From assembly GCA_038228615.1 (NCBI GenBank), contig JBBRPC010000003.1:1-46603 (forward strand): a stretch of 46,603 nucleotides of DNA, in the 5' to 3' direction. Position numbers and translations under genes: made by a program. Shown in pieces: positions 27,353 through 36,305 of the stretch. This DNA comes from Acidimicrobiia bacterium. GTDB taxonomy: Bacteria; Actinomycetota; Acidimicrobiia; IMCC26256; PALSA-610. The notes under the pieces were generated by a model. It saw only the letters and a list, made by a program, of their open reading frames with translations, was not told the origin of the DNA and made no database searches. Within the stretch, counting starts at the first letter, position 1. Each line of letters opens with the position of its first letter.

Positions 27353-28804
27353 GTGATTGTGCAACTGAAGCGATTGCGGTCGCGGGATGCGTTCCTCGAT
27401 CGGATCGCCGCACTCGGTCTCGACGATGTGCTGACGCCGACATTGGAATCCGAAGTACAGACCGCACTCACCACCGCCGACGCGATCCGTGGCCGGCAAT
27501 ATTCGAATCGCTTTGCCGTACTCCCTATGGAAGGTTGGGATGCCACAACGGACGGCCGACCAACCGAACTCGTAGAACGACGCTGGACGCGTTTCGGTAT
27601 GAGCGGTGCGGCGTTGATTTGGGGGGGAGAAGCGGTAGCCGTCGTTCCAGACGGTCGCGCGAACCCACATCAACTGATGATCGGCGCGGAGTCTGAAGGG
27701 GACCTCAGCGCGTTGCGCGATCTGACCTTGACTGCGCACCACGAAGCGACCGATGGTGGTCCGCGACCCATGATCGGATTACAACTCACCCATTCCGGTC
27801 GTTGGGCCAGACCGAACGACGGATTCGCACCACGGCTTGCGTACCGCCACCGGTACCTCGATGCGCGCGTTGGCGCAACCGATCGCGATGTCGTCACCGA
27901 CATTGAGCTCGATGATCTCATCGGTGCATTCGTACGCGCGGCCGTGGTTGCGCGCAACGCCGGCTTCGACTTTGTCGATATCAAGCATTGCCACGGATAT
28001 CTCTTGCACGAAATCCTCACCGCGTACGATCGAAATGGTCAGTACGGCGGTTCACTGAGCAACCGAACACGCTTTGTCACTTCGGTTATTGCCGGAATCC
28101 AGTCCGCCGCCCCAGAAATAGATATCGGTGTGCGGCTCTCAGCGTTTGATCTCGCACCGCACGTCGCAGGACCTAACGGTGTTGGCGTCATCGATCCCGC
28201 TGTCGAGCACGACTACGCCTATGCCTTCGGAGGCGACGGCACGGGCCGAGGAGTTGACCTCCGCGAGACCCACGCATTCTGTCAAATTCTCGTCGAACAT
28301 GACGTGCATTGGTTGAGTGTGACCGCGGGAAGCCCCTACTACTGCCCCCACGCGCAACGACCTGCATATTTTCCACCGTCCGATGGTTACCTTCCTCCAC
28401 GCGATCCACTCATCGAAGTTGCAGCGATGCTGCGAGCGACTGGGGAACTCGCGCACGCGCATCCAGACCTCGCCGTGATTGCGAGCGGGATGAGCTATCT
28501 CCAAGAGTGGTTACCGAGCATTGGCGCCCAGTTGGTTCGTTCGGGTACGGCGGCATTCGTTGGAGTTGGTCGCAGCGCGCTGAGCTACCCGGAACTCCCG
28601 CTTCATGCGGCGTCGGGAGCCGGGCTGCAACGGGCCCAGCTCTGCCGCACGTTCAGCGATTGCACCACTGCACCACGCAACGGATTGGTATCGGGTTGCT
28701 ATCCATTGGATCCGTTCTTCAAACACCGACCTGAGCGTGTCGCTCTCGCAGCGTTCAAACGCGCTGCGGTTGTCGACCGAGGCGCGCGGCGCCGAAACGC
28801 ATGA
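27353..28804 (+). CDS. NADH:flavin oxidoreductase (Old Yellow Enzyme family)
   Basis: NRFAVLPMEG, LQLTHSGR, GFDFVDIKHCHGYLLHE, YGGSLSNR; TAGGGT -10 6 nt before the GTG. Confidence 0.9.
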   Translation: MIVQLKRLRSRDAFLDRIAALGLDDVLTPTLESEVQTALTTADAIRGRQYSNRFAVLPMEGWDATTDGRPTELVERRWTRFGMSGAALIWGGEAVAVVPDGRANPHQLMIGAESEGDLSALRDLTLTAHHEATDGGPRPMIGLQLTHSGRWARPNDGFAPRLAYRHRYLDARVGATDRDVVTDIELDDLIGAFVRAAVVARNAGFDFVDIKHCHGYLLHEILTAYDRNGQYGGSLSNRTRFVTSVIAGIQSAAPEIDIGVRLSAFDLAPHVAGPNGVGVIDPAVEHDYAYAFGGDGTGRGVDLRETHAFCQILVEHDVHWLSVTAGSPYYCPHAQRPAYFPPSDGYLPPRDPLIEVAAMLRATGELAHAHPDLAVIASGMSYLQEWLPSIGAQLVRSGTAAFVGVGRSALSYPELPLHAASGAGLQRAQLCRTFSDCTTAPRNGLVSGCYPLDPFFKHRPERVALAAFKRAAVVDRGARRRNA

Positions 28805-29823
28805 AGCCATCCATGATGAATGACGAGCCCCTAAATATCGCAGTGGCAATGATGGCTGGGCTTGACGACACAGCGTTCAGCGAGGCGCACTGGGAGCGAC
28901 TCGCCACGATCGGTAGCGTGCTGAACCGAACCCCACTGCGAGTACTCGACGACGACCTGGCACGCGCGACCCTCGCGCGTGCTGATGTGTTATTGGGACA
29001 CTGGGGTTGTCCGACATTGACCACCGAGGTGCTGTCGAGCGCTCCGAGGCTCCGCATGTTTGCGTACGCGGCCGGAACGGTGAAGTGGCAACTTTCGGAC
29101 ACAGTCTGGGAACGGACGATACTGGTGACTTCCGCTGCCGCGGCCAACGCAGTGCCCGTCGCCGAATACACGACGGCCATGATCCTGCTCGCCAACAAGG
29201 GCGCGTTGTTGTTCCGGGAGCGCCTCCGAAATCCCGATGCCATTGTGACGTTCCCAACGACGCTCGGCAACGTCAACAAGCGCGTCGGCATCATCGGCGC
29301 TTCGTTTGTGGGTCGCAAAGTGATCGAGCTGCTCGGCGCCTATCAGTTGCATATCTCTCTGTACGACCCCTATGTGTCAGCCGAGGATGGAATGGCGCTC
29401 GGCGTCGACGTCGTGGACGATCTGACCGAACTTTGCGCGACGAGCGATGTGGTGAGTTTGCACGCGCCCGACGTGAAAACCACACGGGGAATGCTCGGCG
29501 CGCGGCAGTTCGCGGCGATGCGCGACGGGACCGTGTTTATCAACACCGCCAGGCCTGCGATCGTTGACCAAGTCGCGTTGCTCCGAGAATTGCAGACCGG
29601 CCGAATCGCAGCAGTGCTCGACGTCACAAGCCCAGAACCGCTCGCTGCAGATCACCCGCTGCTCGCGCTTCCCAATGTCGTCGTGACACCCCACGTTGCG
29701 GGCTCAATCGGCACCGAACTCGCACGGATGGCCGATCTCGCCATCGACGAGATTGAACGATTCGCGCACAACATTGCGCCCCTGCACGCGGTGACCCAAT
29801 CCGACCTTGATCGGATCGCATGA
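28801..29823 (+). CDS. D-isomer-specific 2-hydroxyacid dehydrogenase
   Basis: NAVPVAE, GIIGASFVG, SLHAP, INTAR, LDVTSPEP, TPHVAG; ATGA-coupled. Confidence 0.92.
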   Translation: MKPSMMNDEPLNIAVAMMAGLDDTAFSEAHWERLATIGSVLNRTPLRVLDDDLARATLARADVLLGHWGCPTLTTEVLSSAPRLRMFAYAAGTVKWQLSDTVWERTILVTSAAAANAVPVAEYTTAMILLANKGALLFRERLRNPDAIVTFPTTLGNVNKRVGIIGASFVGRKVIELLGAYQLHISLYDPYVSAEDGMALGVDVVDDLTELCATSDVVSLHAPDVKTTRGMLGARQFAAMRDGTVFINTARPAIVDQVALLRELQTGRIAAVLDVTSPEPLAADHPLLALPNVVVTPHVAGSIGTELARMADLAIDEIERFAHNIAPLHAVTQSDLDRIA

Positions 29824-30635
29824 GCACGCCGATCAGCACGAGCACAAACACCGGTTCGCCGATCCTCGCCGGACTGTGTTCGGTGACACTGCGATCGCAG
29901 CCCATCGCGGAGGTGATCAAGCTTGCCGACTCGTGTGAGCTGACCGCCATCGAATGGGGCGCCGATGTTCACGTTCCCCCTGGCGACACGCGCGCGGCGC
30001 GCGCTGCCCGAGCGTCTGATGCACAGGTCGTGTCGTACGGCTCGTATTTGCTGACGCAGCACATCCCCGCCGACGACGACATCGCGGTTGTCCTCGACAC
30101 CGCGATTGCGTTGCGGGCATCGAACGTGCGCGTGTGGACACCCTTCACGAATCCGCCAGAGCGTTCAGGAGCGGCCAATGCGCTCACGATCCAACGACCG
30201 ATGGTGATCGAGGCCCTGCAACGCATCGCAGCTGCCGCAGCAGAACGCTCATTGACGATCTCGCTCGAGTATCACGGTGGCACGCTGACAGCTTCGGCAG
30301 TATCAACAGTCGCGGTGCTCAACGACGTCGATATACCGAATCTCTTCACGTACTGGCAACCGCCGTACTGGCAACCGCGAACCGATGCCGAAGACCTCGC
30401 GCTGATCGGGCCTCGACTTTCGCACCTCCATCTGTACGAATGGGACAATCGATGCGTGCGGTTCCCCCTCGTGAACGCTTCACACACATTGGTGCCGCTC
30501 CTACGCGACGCGCGACGTACGCCATGCGCCCTTTCCACACCTCGTGTCGCATTTCTTGAGTTCGTACGAGACGACGACATCGAACAGTTGCGCAACGACG
30601 CTTCGACGCTTCGCACGTGGCTCGAAGCGTCATGA
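29820..30635 (+). CDS. Sugar-phosphate isomerase/epimerase-like TIM barrel (xylose isomerase-like)
   Basis: IEWGADVHVP, LEYHGGTLT, TYWQP, HLHL, LEFV; ATGA-coupled. Confidence 0.85.
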   Translation: MSTPISTSTNTGSPILAGLCSVTLRSQPIAEVIKLADSCELTAIEWGADVHVPPGDTRAARAARASDAQVVSYGSYLLTQHIPADDDIAVVLDTAIALRASNVRVWTPFTNPPERSGAANALTIQRPMVIEALQRIAAAAAERSLTISLEYHGGTLTASAVSTVAVLNDVDIPNLFTYWQPPYWQPRTDAEDLALIGPRLSHLHLYEWDNRCVRFPLVNASHTLVPLLRDARRTPCALSTPRVAFLEFVRDDDIEQLRNDASTLRTWLEAS

Positions 30636-31573
30636 ATGTCGCTCCCCCCATCATCCGCAAGCGCACGATTGTTGGGATGTCAGCGGTACTCTTGCCATTC
30701 AAGGCCGACCATTCGATCGATTGGACAGGTTTCGAAGCCCATCTCGATCGGACGATCGCGGCTGGGATCATTCCCGCTGTCAATATGGACACGGGGTTCG
30801 GACCCGCACTCGCCACACACGACCGCCAGCGCGTGTTGGATCTCACCCAAGCGCGCTCTGTTGCCTTCGTCGCAGGTGCCCACGTGAACGACACCGCAGG
30901 AGACGAGTTCGATCTCGCGACATACCAACGCGAATTCACCACGATCGCTGCGTCCGGCGGTGTACCAATCGCGTTTCCATCATTCGGCCTGGCCGCATTG
31001 GATGACGGCGCGCTCGTCGATGCCTACCAGTCGCTCGGCCGGGATATCGACGCGTTCTACGGCTTCGAACTGGGCACGATGTTTCATCCGGCTGGACGAA
31101 TTTTTTCCGTCGAGGTGTTCGCGGCGCTGTTGGAAATCCGCACGTTGCAGGGCGCGAAACACTCGTCACTCGATCGAGCTCAGGAATGGCAACGACTCGC
31201 AATCCGCGATTCGATTCGCCCCGACTTCCTCGTGCTCACCGGCAACGATCTCGCGATCGACATGGTCATGTACGGCAGCGACTATCTCTTGGGCCTCGCC
31301 ACGTTCGCCCCCGACGTATTCGCGCGGCGCGATTTCGCCTGGGCAGCTGGCGACGACGAGACGTTTCTCAAGATCAATGACACGCTGCAGTATCTCGGTC
31401 AATTCGCGTTTCGCACTCCGGTACCTGGCTATCGCCACAACGCTGCAATGTTCTTGAAACTGCGGGGCCACATCGACAGCGATGTCACTCATCCTGATTC
31501 GCCGCAACGACCTCATACCGACAGAGCGGTGTTGGCCGAAATCGCATATTCCATCGGCTCGCCGCAGTACTAG
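30632..31573 (+). CDS. Dihydrodipicolinate synthase/NAL-family (class I aldolase-like) protein
   Basis: SAVLLPF, PAVNMDTG, GAKHSS (Schiff-base Lys), LTGND; ATG 30632 overlaps the previous TGA. Confidence 0.82.
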   Translation: MNVAPPIIRKRTIVGMSAVLLPFKADHSIDWTGFEAHLDRTIAAGIIPAVNMDTGFGPALATHDRQRVLDLTQARSVAFVAGAHVNDTAGDEFDLATYQREFTTIAASGGVPIAFPSFGLAALDDGALVDAYQSLGRDIDAFYGFELGTMFHPAGRIFSVEVFAALLEIRTLQGAKHSSLDRAQEWQRLAIRDSIRPDFLVLTGNDLAIDMVMYGSDYLLGLATFAPDVFARRDFAWAAGDDETFLKINDTLQYLGQFAFRTPVPGYRHNAAMFLKLRGHIDSDVTHPDSPQRPHTDRAVLAEIAYSIGSPQY

Positions 31574-34275
31574 ACGCTTGGCGGATCGAGCACAACCTGT
31601 TCGAACAAGTCGAAGGTACGTCCCGCAATTGACTCCCAGCCATATTGCGATCGACGCTCGATCGATGCTGCCCGAGCAGTTTCGACTTGTTCTGCCGTCA
31701 GAGCGTTGAGCGCCGAAGCAATGTGGTTTGGTTCATGGCCGACCAATATCGCCGACTCCCCTAACACCTCCCGCAGATACTCCCACTCGGTGACCAAGCC
31801 AGGAAGACCCATCCCAAGTGCGTCGGCCGCCGTCCCAGTCGCAAGCATCTCACCATCCGGTTCGAATGGCAGTGCCAGCACGTCGCAGATGCGCAGGCGT
31901 TGCGCGTATACCGATTCCGACACTCCCCGGTATTGCTCGGCGATGGCGATTCTCGCATCGCCATCGCCTGGCGCGACTTCTCCTGGCGCTAGCGACCAAC
32001 ACACAACTTGAATATCGTCACGGTCCGAACGCACGACACCTTCCAAGAACTCCACGACTCGTTTTTCAACCCGAGGTGCGCCCACAATCCCGATCCGCAA
32101 TGAGCAGGGAGTGACGCCAAGCTGGCGCTCAGCCTCGACGCGGTCGGGAGTGTCGGCCCGATTCCACAATTCACCGAAATGACCGTGCGGAATTACCTCA
32201 TGGCGCGTTGTAGAAGCAAAGGAATAACGGTCGAGCATTCTGCGCATTCCGGAGTTCGAATGATGTATCACCGCAGCCGCAGCTGCGGCCCAGCACGCGT
32301 ACACCGGATCGAACACCTCGGGGCGCTTGTCGTGAGGGGTCAGATTATGCGCAGTCCACACAATCGGAACCTTGTGTAATCGCAACGTTTCGATGATTCG
32401 GACGTGTTCATCGAGATCGTCAAATGCGATCCACTCTGGCCAATGCAAATGGAACACGTCGATATCGCCGAGCGCGACCGTAGCGTCGCCGAGCGGGCCA
32501 AGCGGATGCGGAAATGTCACCACACGATCAGCGAGAGGACCGTACAAACTTCGATGGTAGTGGTGTCCATAGGCGGTGGAAGCGACTCGGAGCTTTGGAG
32601 TCACACGAATCGAATATTGCAATGTCCGGGCCGGGTCCAGATCGAGTTGATGGGTAGTAGCGATCTCCGACCACGACGAACGCCACTCCTTGAGGCCGAG
32701 CACCGCGACCGGGGCCGTCGTCGACGGCGCCACGGTCGTGAACTCGACCTGCAATGGCCGACCCGCGAGTTCTGGAACCAGCACGGTCACAGCATCGGGC
32801 TCAGTTTCGAATTCGAGGACTTCGTCAATCGAAAGCGATCGCCCATCGATCCTGTACGTGGTACTGCGGGATCCGGGAAGAGGCTCTGGAAGCGCCCCGG
32901 CATAGTCGAATTTGGTTGCCGGAAACCCTTCCCACATCGCGCGCACCGTCCCGCTCGAATGCATGAGTGTCGTGGGCACTCCACCACCGGCGTAACGACC
33001 GATCCCTGCGTGAATAAGCGGTGTCCAACATGGCAGGTCGGCATCGACTGGGACTTCGAAACTGCCTGGCGAACACAGCGATGGGTAGTAGTGGCTTCGC
33101 GCCGCTCCGACGAATGGGAGCACGAACTCGAAACCTGCACGTCGATACGACCAGACCCCCGCAGCCCGCGCGGCGTCGAAGCAGATCAACGCATCAATAT
33201 CAGGATATGGATCGATGCCATGGCGAACCAATGCGTCGTCGTGTTCGACCGGCGCGCGCAACAATTCGTTGGCTGCCCACGCCAGTTTGCCCAACACATC
33301 GAACGTGAGTTGTAGACGCCTCGCCGGGCCACGATAGGCATCTTGATCGCGATATTGATGCGCGTTCACCACGCCCGCGTCAAACCACGACGACATCTGC
33401 ATCGCCGCTGCACGGGCGCGTGCGAACCACAACGCAGTGTGTCGCGGACGCAGACGTCGCGACACGGCAAGTGCCCCAAGTTCGATCGTCAACGCGACTG
33501 CGAGCACGCCAGTGGATCGACCCCAGGGAACCGCGCTTCCATCTCGAGTACCGACCGTTTCGACCAGCTCCAACGCTGCCGCAATCCCCTCTTCCCACAA
33601 TCCATCGAGTCGGTCAGCGAGCGGTTCGCAGAACAGCCAAACGTCGGCCGTATAAATGTCGTAGCGGCCGCTGCGATCATGGGAATCATCGAGGAATCGC
33701 AGCTGATTATTTCCGAGAAAGTTGCGCAGCCGTGCCAAGAGGCCGGCGAAGGCTTCTCGATCCACATCGAATCCGAGGGCGATTCTGGCGACTTCGCACC
33801 GCGCAAGCACTGCCGCATAGTTGCGGGGCAACTTGCCATCGTCGAGCAACGCGATCCAATCACTCGATTCGCACGCCCGCACCAACTGCTCGCGTTGTCC
33901 ATCTGACAAGGTCGACAACAACGGATTTGCCAGAAACGGGCCGTATCTCGCGACCGTCTCAGCGACACGGTATGAAAAGAACGTGTGGGTATTGGCACCA
34001 TCGATTTGACCGAGATGCGACACCAACAACTCGTTCACAGCCAGATCATTCACGACATCGATACCGGCATCCGCAAGATGCCCAAGCGTAAAGAGGAGAT
34101 CAGCGCGTACATCGGGGGCAACGACGTGTCCACCGTAGGTGCGCGGCAATTGCAAACTGGGCAGCTGCGCGGCCGACAATGCCACAAGTTGATCGCGACA
34201 AAAGTCGCGCAACCACAACCCAAGATCCGTGCTCGAGTTCAACGCGGTTTCGTCGACCATCGATTTCCGTTTCAT
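31570..34275 (-). CDS. Fusion protein: DUF2264-like helical toroid/beta domain plus C-terminal GT-B glycosyltransferase
   Basis: C-term HLHWPE, VWTAHNLTPH, VIPHGHF, DVLALPF; N-term RNYAAV, DDSHDRSGRYDIY, DGSAVPWGRS; ATG 34275 overlaps the upstream TGA. Confidence 0.72.
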   Translation of the reverse strand: MKRKSMVDETALNSSTDLGLWLRDFCRDQLVALSAAQLPSLQLPRTYGGHVVAPDVRADLLFTLGHLADAGIDVVNDLAVNELLVSHLGQIDGANTHTFFSYRVAETVARYGPFLANPLLSTLSDGQREQLVRACESSDWIALLDDGKLPRNYAAVLARCEVARIALGFDVDREAFAGLLARLRNFLGNNQLRFLDDSHDRSGRYDIYTADVWLFCEPLADRLDGLWEEGIAAALELVETVGTRDGSAVPWGRSTGVLAVALTIELGALAVSRRLRPRHTALWFARARAAAMQMSSWFDAGVVNAHQYRDQDAYRGPARRLQLTFDVLGKLAWAANELLRAPVEHDDALVRHGIDPYPDIDALICFDAARAAGVWSYRRAGFEFVLPFVGAARSHYYPSLCSPGSFEVPVDADLPCWTPLIHAGIGRYAGGGVPTTLMHSSGTVRAMWEGFPATKFDYAGALPEPLPGSRSTTYRIDGRSLSIDEVLEFETEPDAVTVLVPELAGRPLQVEFTTVAPSTTAPVAVLGLKEWRSSWSEIATTHQLDLDPARTLQYSIRVTPKLRVASTAYGHHYHRSLYGPLADRVVTFPHPLGPLGDATVALGDIDVFHLHWPEWIAFDDLDEHVRIIETLRLHKVPIVWTAHNLTPHDKRPEVFDPVYACWAAAAAAVIHHSNSGMRRMLDRYSFASTTRHEVIPHGHFGELWNRADTPDRVEAERQLGVTPCSLRIGIVGAPRVEKRVVEFLEGVVRSDRDDIQVVCWSLAPGEVAPGDGDARIAIAEQYRGVSESVYAQRLRICDVLALPFEPDGEMLATGTAADALGMGLPGLVTEWEYLREVLGESAILVGHEPNHIASALNALTAEQVETARAASIERRSQYGWESIAGRTFDLFEQVVLDPPSV

Positions 34276-35063
34276 CGGAGCCAATGCAATGCCGCATCGC
34301 TGCATTGCGCTTCATCCCAACAACCATCGTGCACCACGACGCGATACTGCAGCCGCAGTGTCTCGCCGTTCACGAGATCAAGTGGCCCATCCCAGAGGAA
34401 GGCGGCGTTCACGAAATTCGCCCACCCAGCTCCGTAGGTTGGAGCTCTCGTGCTGGCATACCACGGCACCGAAGTCGCGCGGTTCGATGGATGATCAATG
34501 AACAACACCCCGGCCTCCACGGAATCGCCAGATGTGGTCGTCGCCGTACCGTCGATCGCGCACCACGGCGCACGCACGCCGAGCAGCCGATCACTGACTC
34601 CATCGAGTGTGCGCAACTGCGTGTCAACAAAATCCGGAGCACCGCGCAATGTCAGACCTCCGTAGCCTCCCCATGTCGAGAACGGCGTGCGGTCGAGCGT
34701 CGCGTCGCCCACCGCACTCAGCGACTCGGTCCAGTCAATCGCGTAGCTCGTCTCGTCGATTGGAACGAGCGTGATCGTGCGGACTTCGCGAAGGGCGATT
34801 CCCGCATCTCCAGGTCGAAGCCAGTCGATGGACGCCTGAGTCGTCAGATCTTCGACACGCAACGACTCGGTACACAACACTCCAAACTCGTCGTACTCCT
34901 CCCAAAAGTTCTCACCATTGACGAATTTGATGGTGAACCACAACCCGTGGTGCCACGGATGATCCTCGGGTGCATCCGCCGAGATCACAGCACCGTTGGG
35001 GGCGAATAACGGATGGATATGCGGTCGAGGTCCGTCCCACACAAAGCTTGTCGCGTCGATCAC
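34272..35063 (-). CDS. DUF6807 / so-called PmoA family protein (soluble beta protein, not particulate methane monooxygenase)
   Basis: RPHIHPL, PEDHPWHHGLWF, NFWE, GGYGGLTLR, DHPSN, LQYRVVVHDG. Confidence 0.85.
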   Translation of the reverse strand: MIDATSFVWDGPRPHIHPLFAPNGAVISADAPEDHPWHHGLWFTIKFVNGENFWEEYDEFGVLCTESLRVEDLTTQASIDWLRPGDAGIALREVRTITLVPIDETSYAIDWTESLSAVGDATLDRTPFSTWGGYGGLTLRGAPDFVDTQLRTLDGVSDRLLGVRAPWCAIDGTATTTSGDSVEAGVLFIDHPSNRATSVPWYASTRAPTYGAGWANFVNAAFLWDGPLDLVNGETLRLQYRVVVHDGCWDEAQCSDAALHWLR

Positions 35064-35163
35064 GACCGTAGTTTGACACCGAACGATTGCGGAGCGACAC
35101 TTGGTACCAGACCGAGTGCGCTTCGGTCCGCTAGGACGGGCGACACCTTTGATGAAGCGACGC

Positions 35164-35191
35164 GGGAACTATTCTCGAATGTTCAGCGACT
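35164..35191 (+). promoter_or_regulatory. SigC-type ECF promoter GGGAAC-N17-CGACT
   Basis: gggaac tattctcgaatgttcag cgact, 78 nt upstream of the anti-sigma-like/sigma pair; matches the consensus known for mycobacterial/corynebacterial SigC. Confidence 0.72.
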
Positions 35192-35269
35192 ACCAAGCGT
35201 CAGACAGCGCCCAGTTTACACAGCGCCCATTTCAAGCAGCGTGCAGCGGAACAGGTCCGGAGGCTCAAG

Positions 35270-35722
35270 ATGAGCGAGGTTGACCAACTGATCGATGTGG
35301 TACTCGGGGCCACGCAACCTCCGTCACGACACAATCGCTGGTTGACCGTCGCGCGCATTGTCAGCGGAGTCCTCGGGTCGACACAGATCGCGCTCGCGAT
35401 TCCCGAACTCTTCGTGCCTGCGCACGGCGAAATGCATAGTGGCAACCATGTCGGTGCCTTCGCCATCGCCATTGGCGTCGGCCTCGTCTATGCGGCGTTG
35501 CGTCCGCACCGTGCAACTGGCTTGATTCCCCCGCTTGTGGCGCTCACAATTTGTCTGCTGCTCACGTGCGCGAACGACATTGCGCACGGCCGGCTTCCAA
35601 GCCAACTCGACATCCACATCATCAGCCCAGTCGCCGCCGGTGCGCTCTGGGCAATCGCGCATTTAGCGCGCCCGCGGGCTGCGAAGCCGGAGCAACGGGC
35701 CTTGGCGAGCATCCCTGACTGA
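35270..35722 (+). CDS. Four-TM anti-sigma-like membrane protein lacking the zf-HC2/ZAS domain
   Basis: HVGAFAIAIGVGLVYAALRPHRATGLIP resembles the membrane part of SigC-associated anti-sigma proteins; GGAGG SD before ATG 35270. Confidence 0.6.
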   Translation: MSEVDQLIDVVLGATQPPSRHNRWLTVARIVSGVLGSTQIALAIPELFVPAHGEMHSGNHVGAFAIAIGVGLVYAALRPHRATGLIPPLVALTICLLLTCANDIAHGRLPSQLDIHIISPVAAGALWAIAHLARPRAAKPEQRALASIPD

Positions 35723-35770
35723 CCGGCCTGATTGACCGGCTGGCATCACCGCCGCTACGCTCAGCCGATC

Positions 35771-36298
35771 GTGGATGACCTAGGCCAGCTGATGTTGTTT
35801 GCACGCGACGGTGACCGCAGTGCCTTCGCCGACATTATGCGGACGAGCGCCTCTGAGGTCGCTCGCTTTGTGGGTCATATCGCCGCGGGTGTCGACAGCG
35901 AAGAAGTAGTGCAAGACACCTTCATTCGCCTGTGGCGAGCCCTACCGATGTTCCGTCAGGAAGCCAGCGGCCGAACGTTTTTGTTCGGGATTGCGCGGCG
36001 CGCCGCAATTGATGAACTCCGCAGGATGCAACGTCGGCGGCGGATCGCCGATGTGCTCCACGTCGTTGCGAACCACAGCGATCTCAGTGAAGTCCACGCG
36101 ATGGATTGCCTCGTCGACGGGCTCACGCCCACCAGACACGAGGCGTTTGTTTTGACACAGATCGTTGGCTTGACGTACGACGAAGCCGCGGCGATGGTTG
36201 GTGTGCCCGTCGGGACGATTCGTTCGCGTGTCGCTCGGGCGCGCAGCGACCTCGCCACGGGTTTACGCGACACTCCGCCCGCCGCCGCTACGGGCTAA
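35771..36298 (+). CDS. ECF sigma-70 factor, SigC-like
   Basis: Region 2 EEVVQDTFIRLWRAL...RTFLFGIARRAAID; region 4 EAFVLTQIVGLTYDEAA...PVGTIRSRVARAR. Confidence 0.9.
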   Translation: MDDLGQLMLFARDGDRSAFADIMRTSASEVARFVGHIAAGVDSEEVVQDTFIRLWRALPMFRQEASGRTFLFGIARRAAIDELRRMQRRRRIADVLHVVANHSDLSEVHAMDCLVDGLTPTRHEAFVLTQIVGLTYDEAAAMVGVPVGTIRSRVARARSDLATGLRDTPPAAATG

Positions 36299-36305
36299 TC
36301 ACGGC

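Noticed and set aside
34272-35063. Methane monooxygenase subunit PmoA
   Set aside because: Soluble protein without TM helices and no pmoB/pmoC nearby; the family name is misleading.
35101-35283. Possible frameshifted zinc-finger N-terminus of the anti-sigma
   Set aside because: No Hx3Cx2C motif evident in the frames examined; the region holds the SigC-type promoter and a good SD for ATG 35270.
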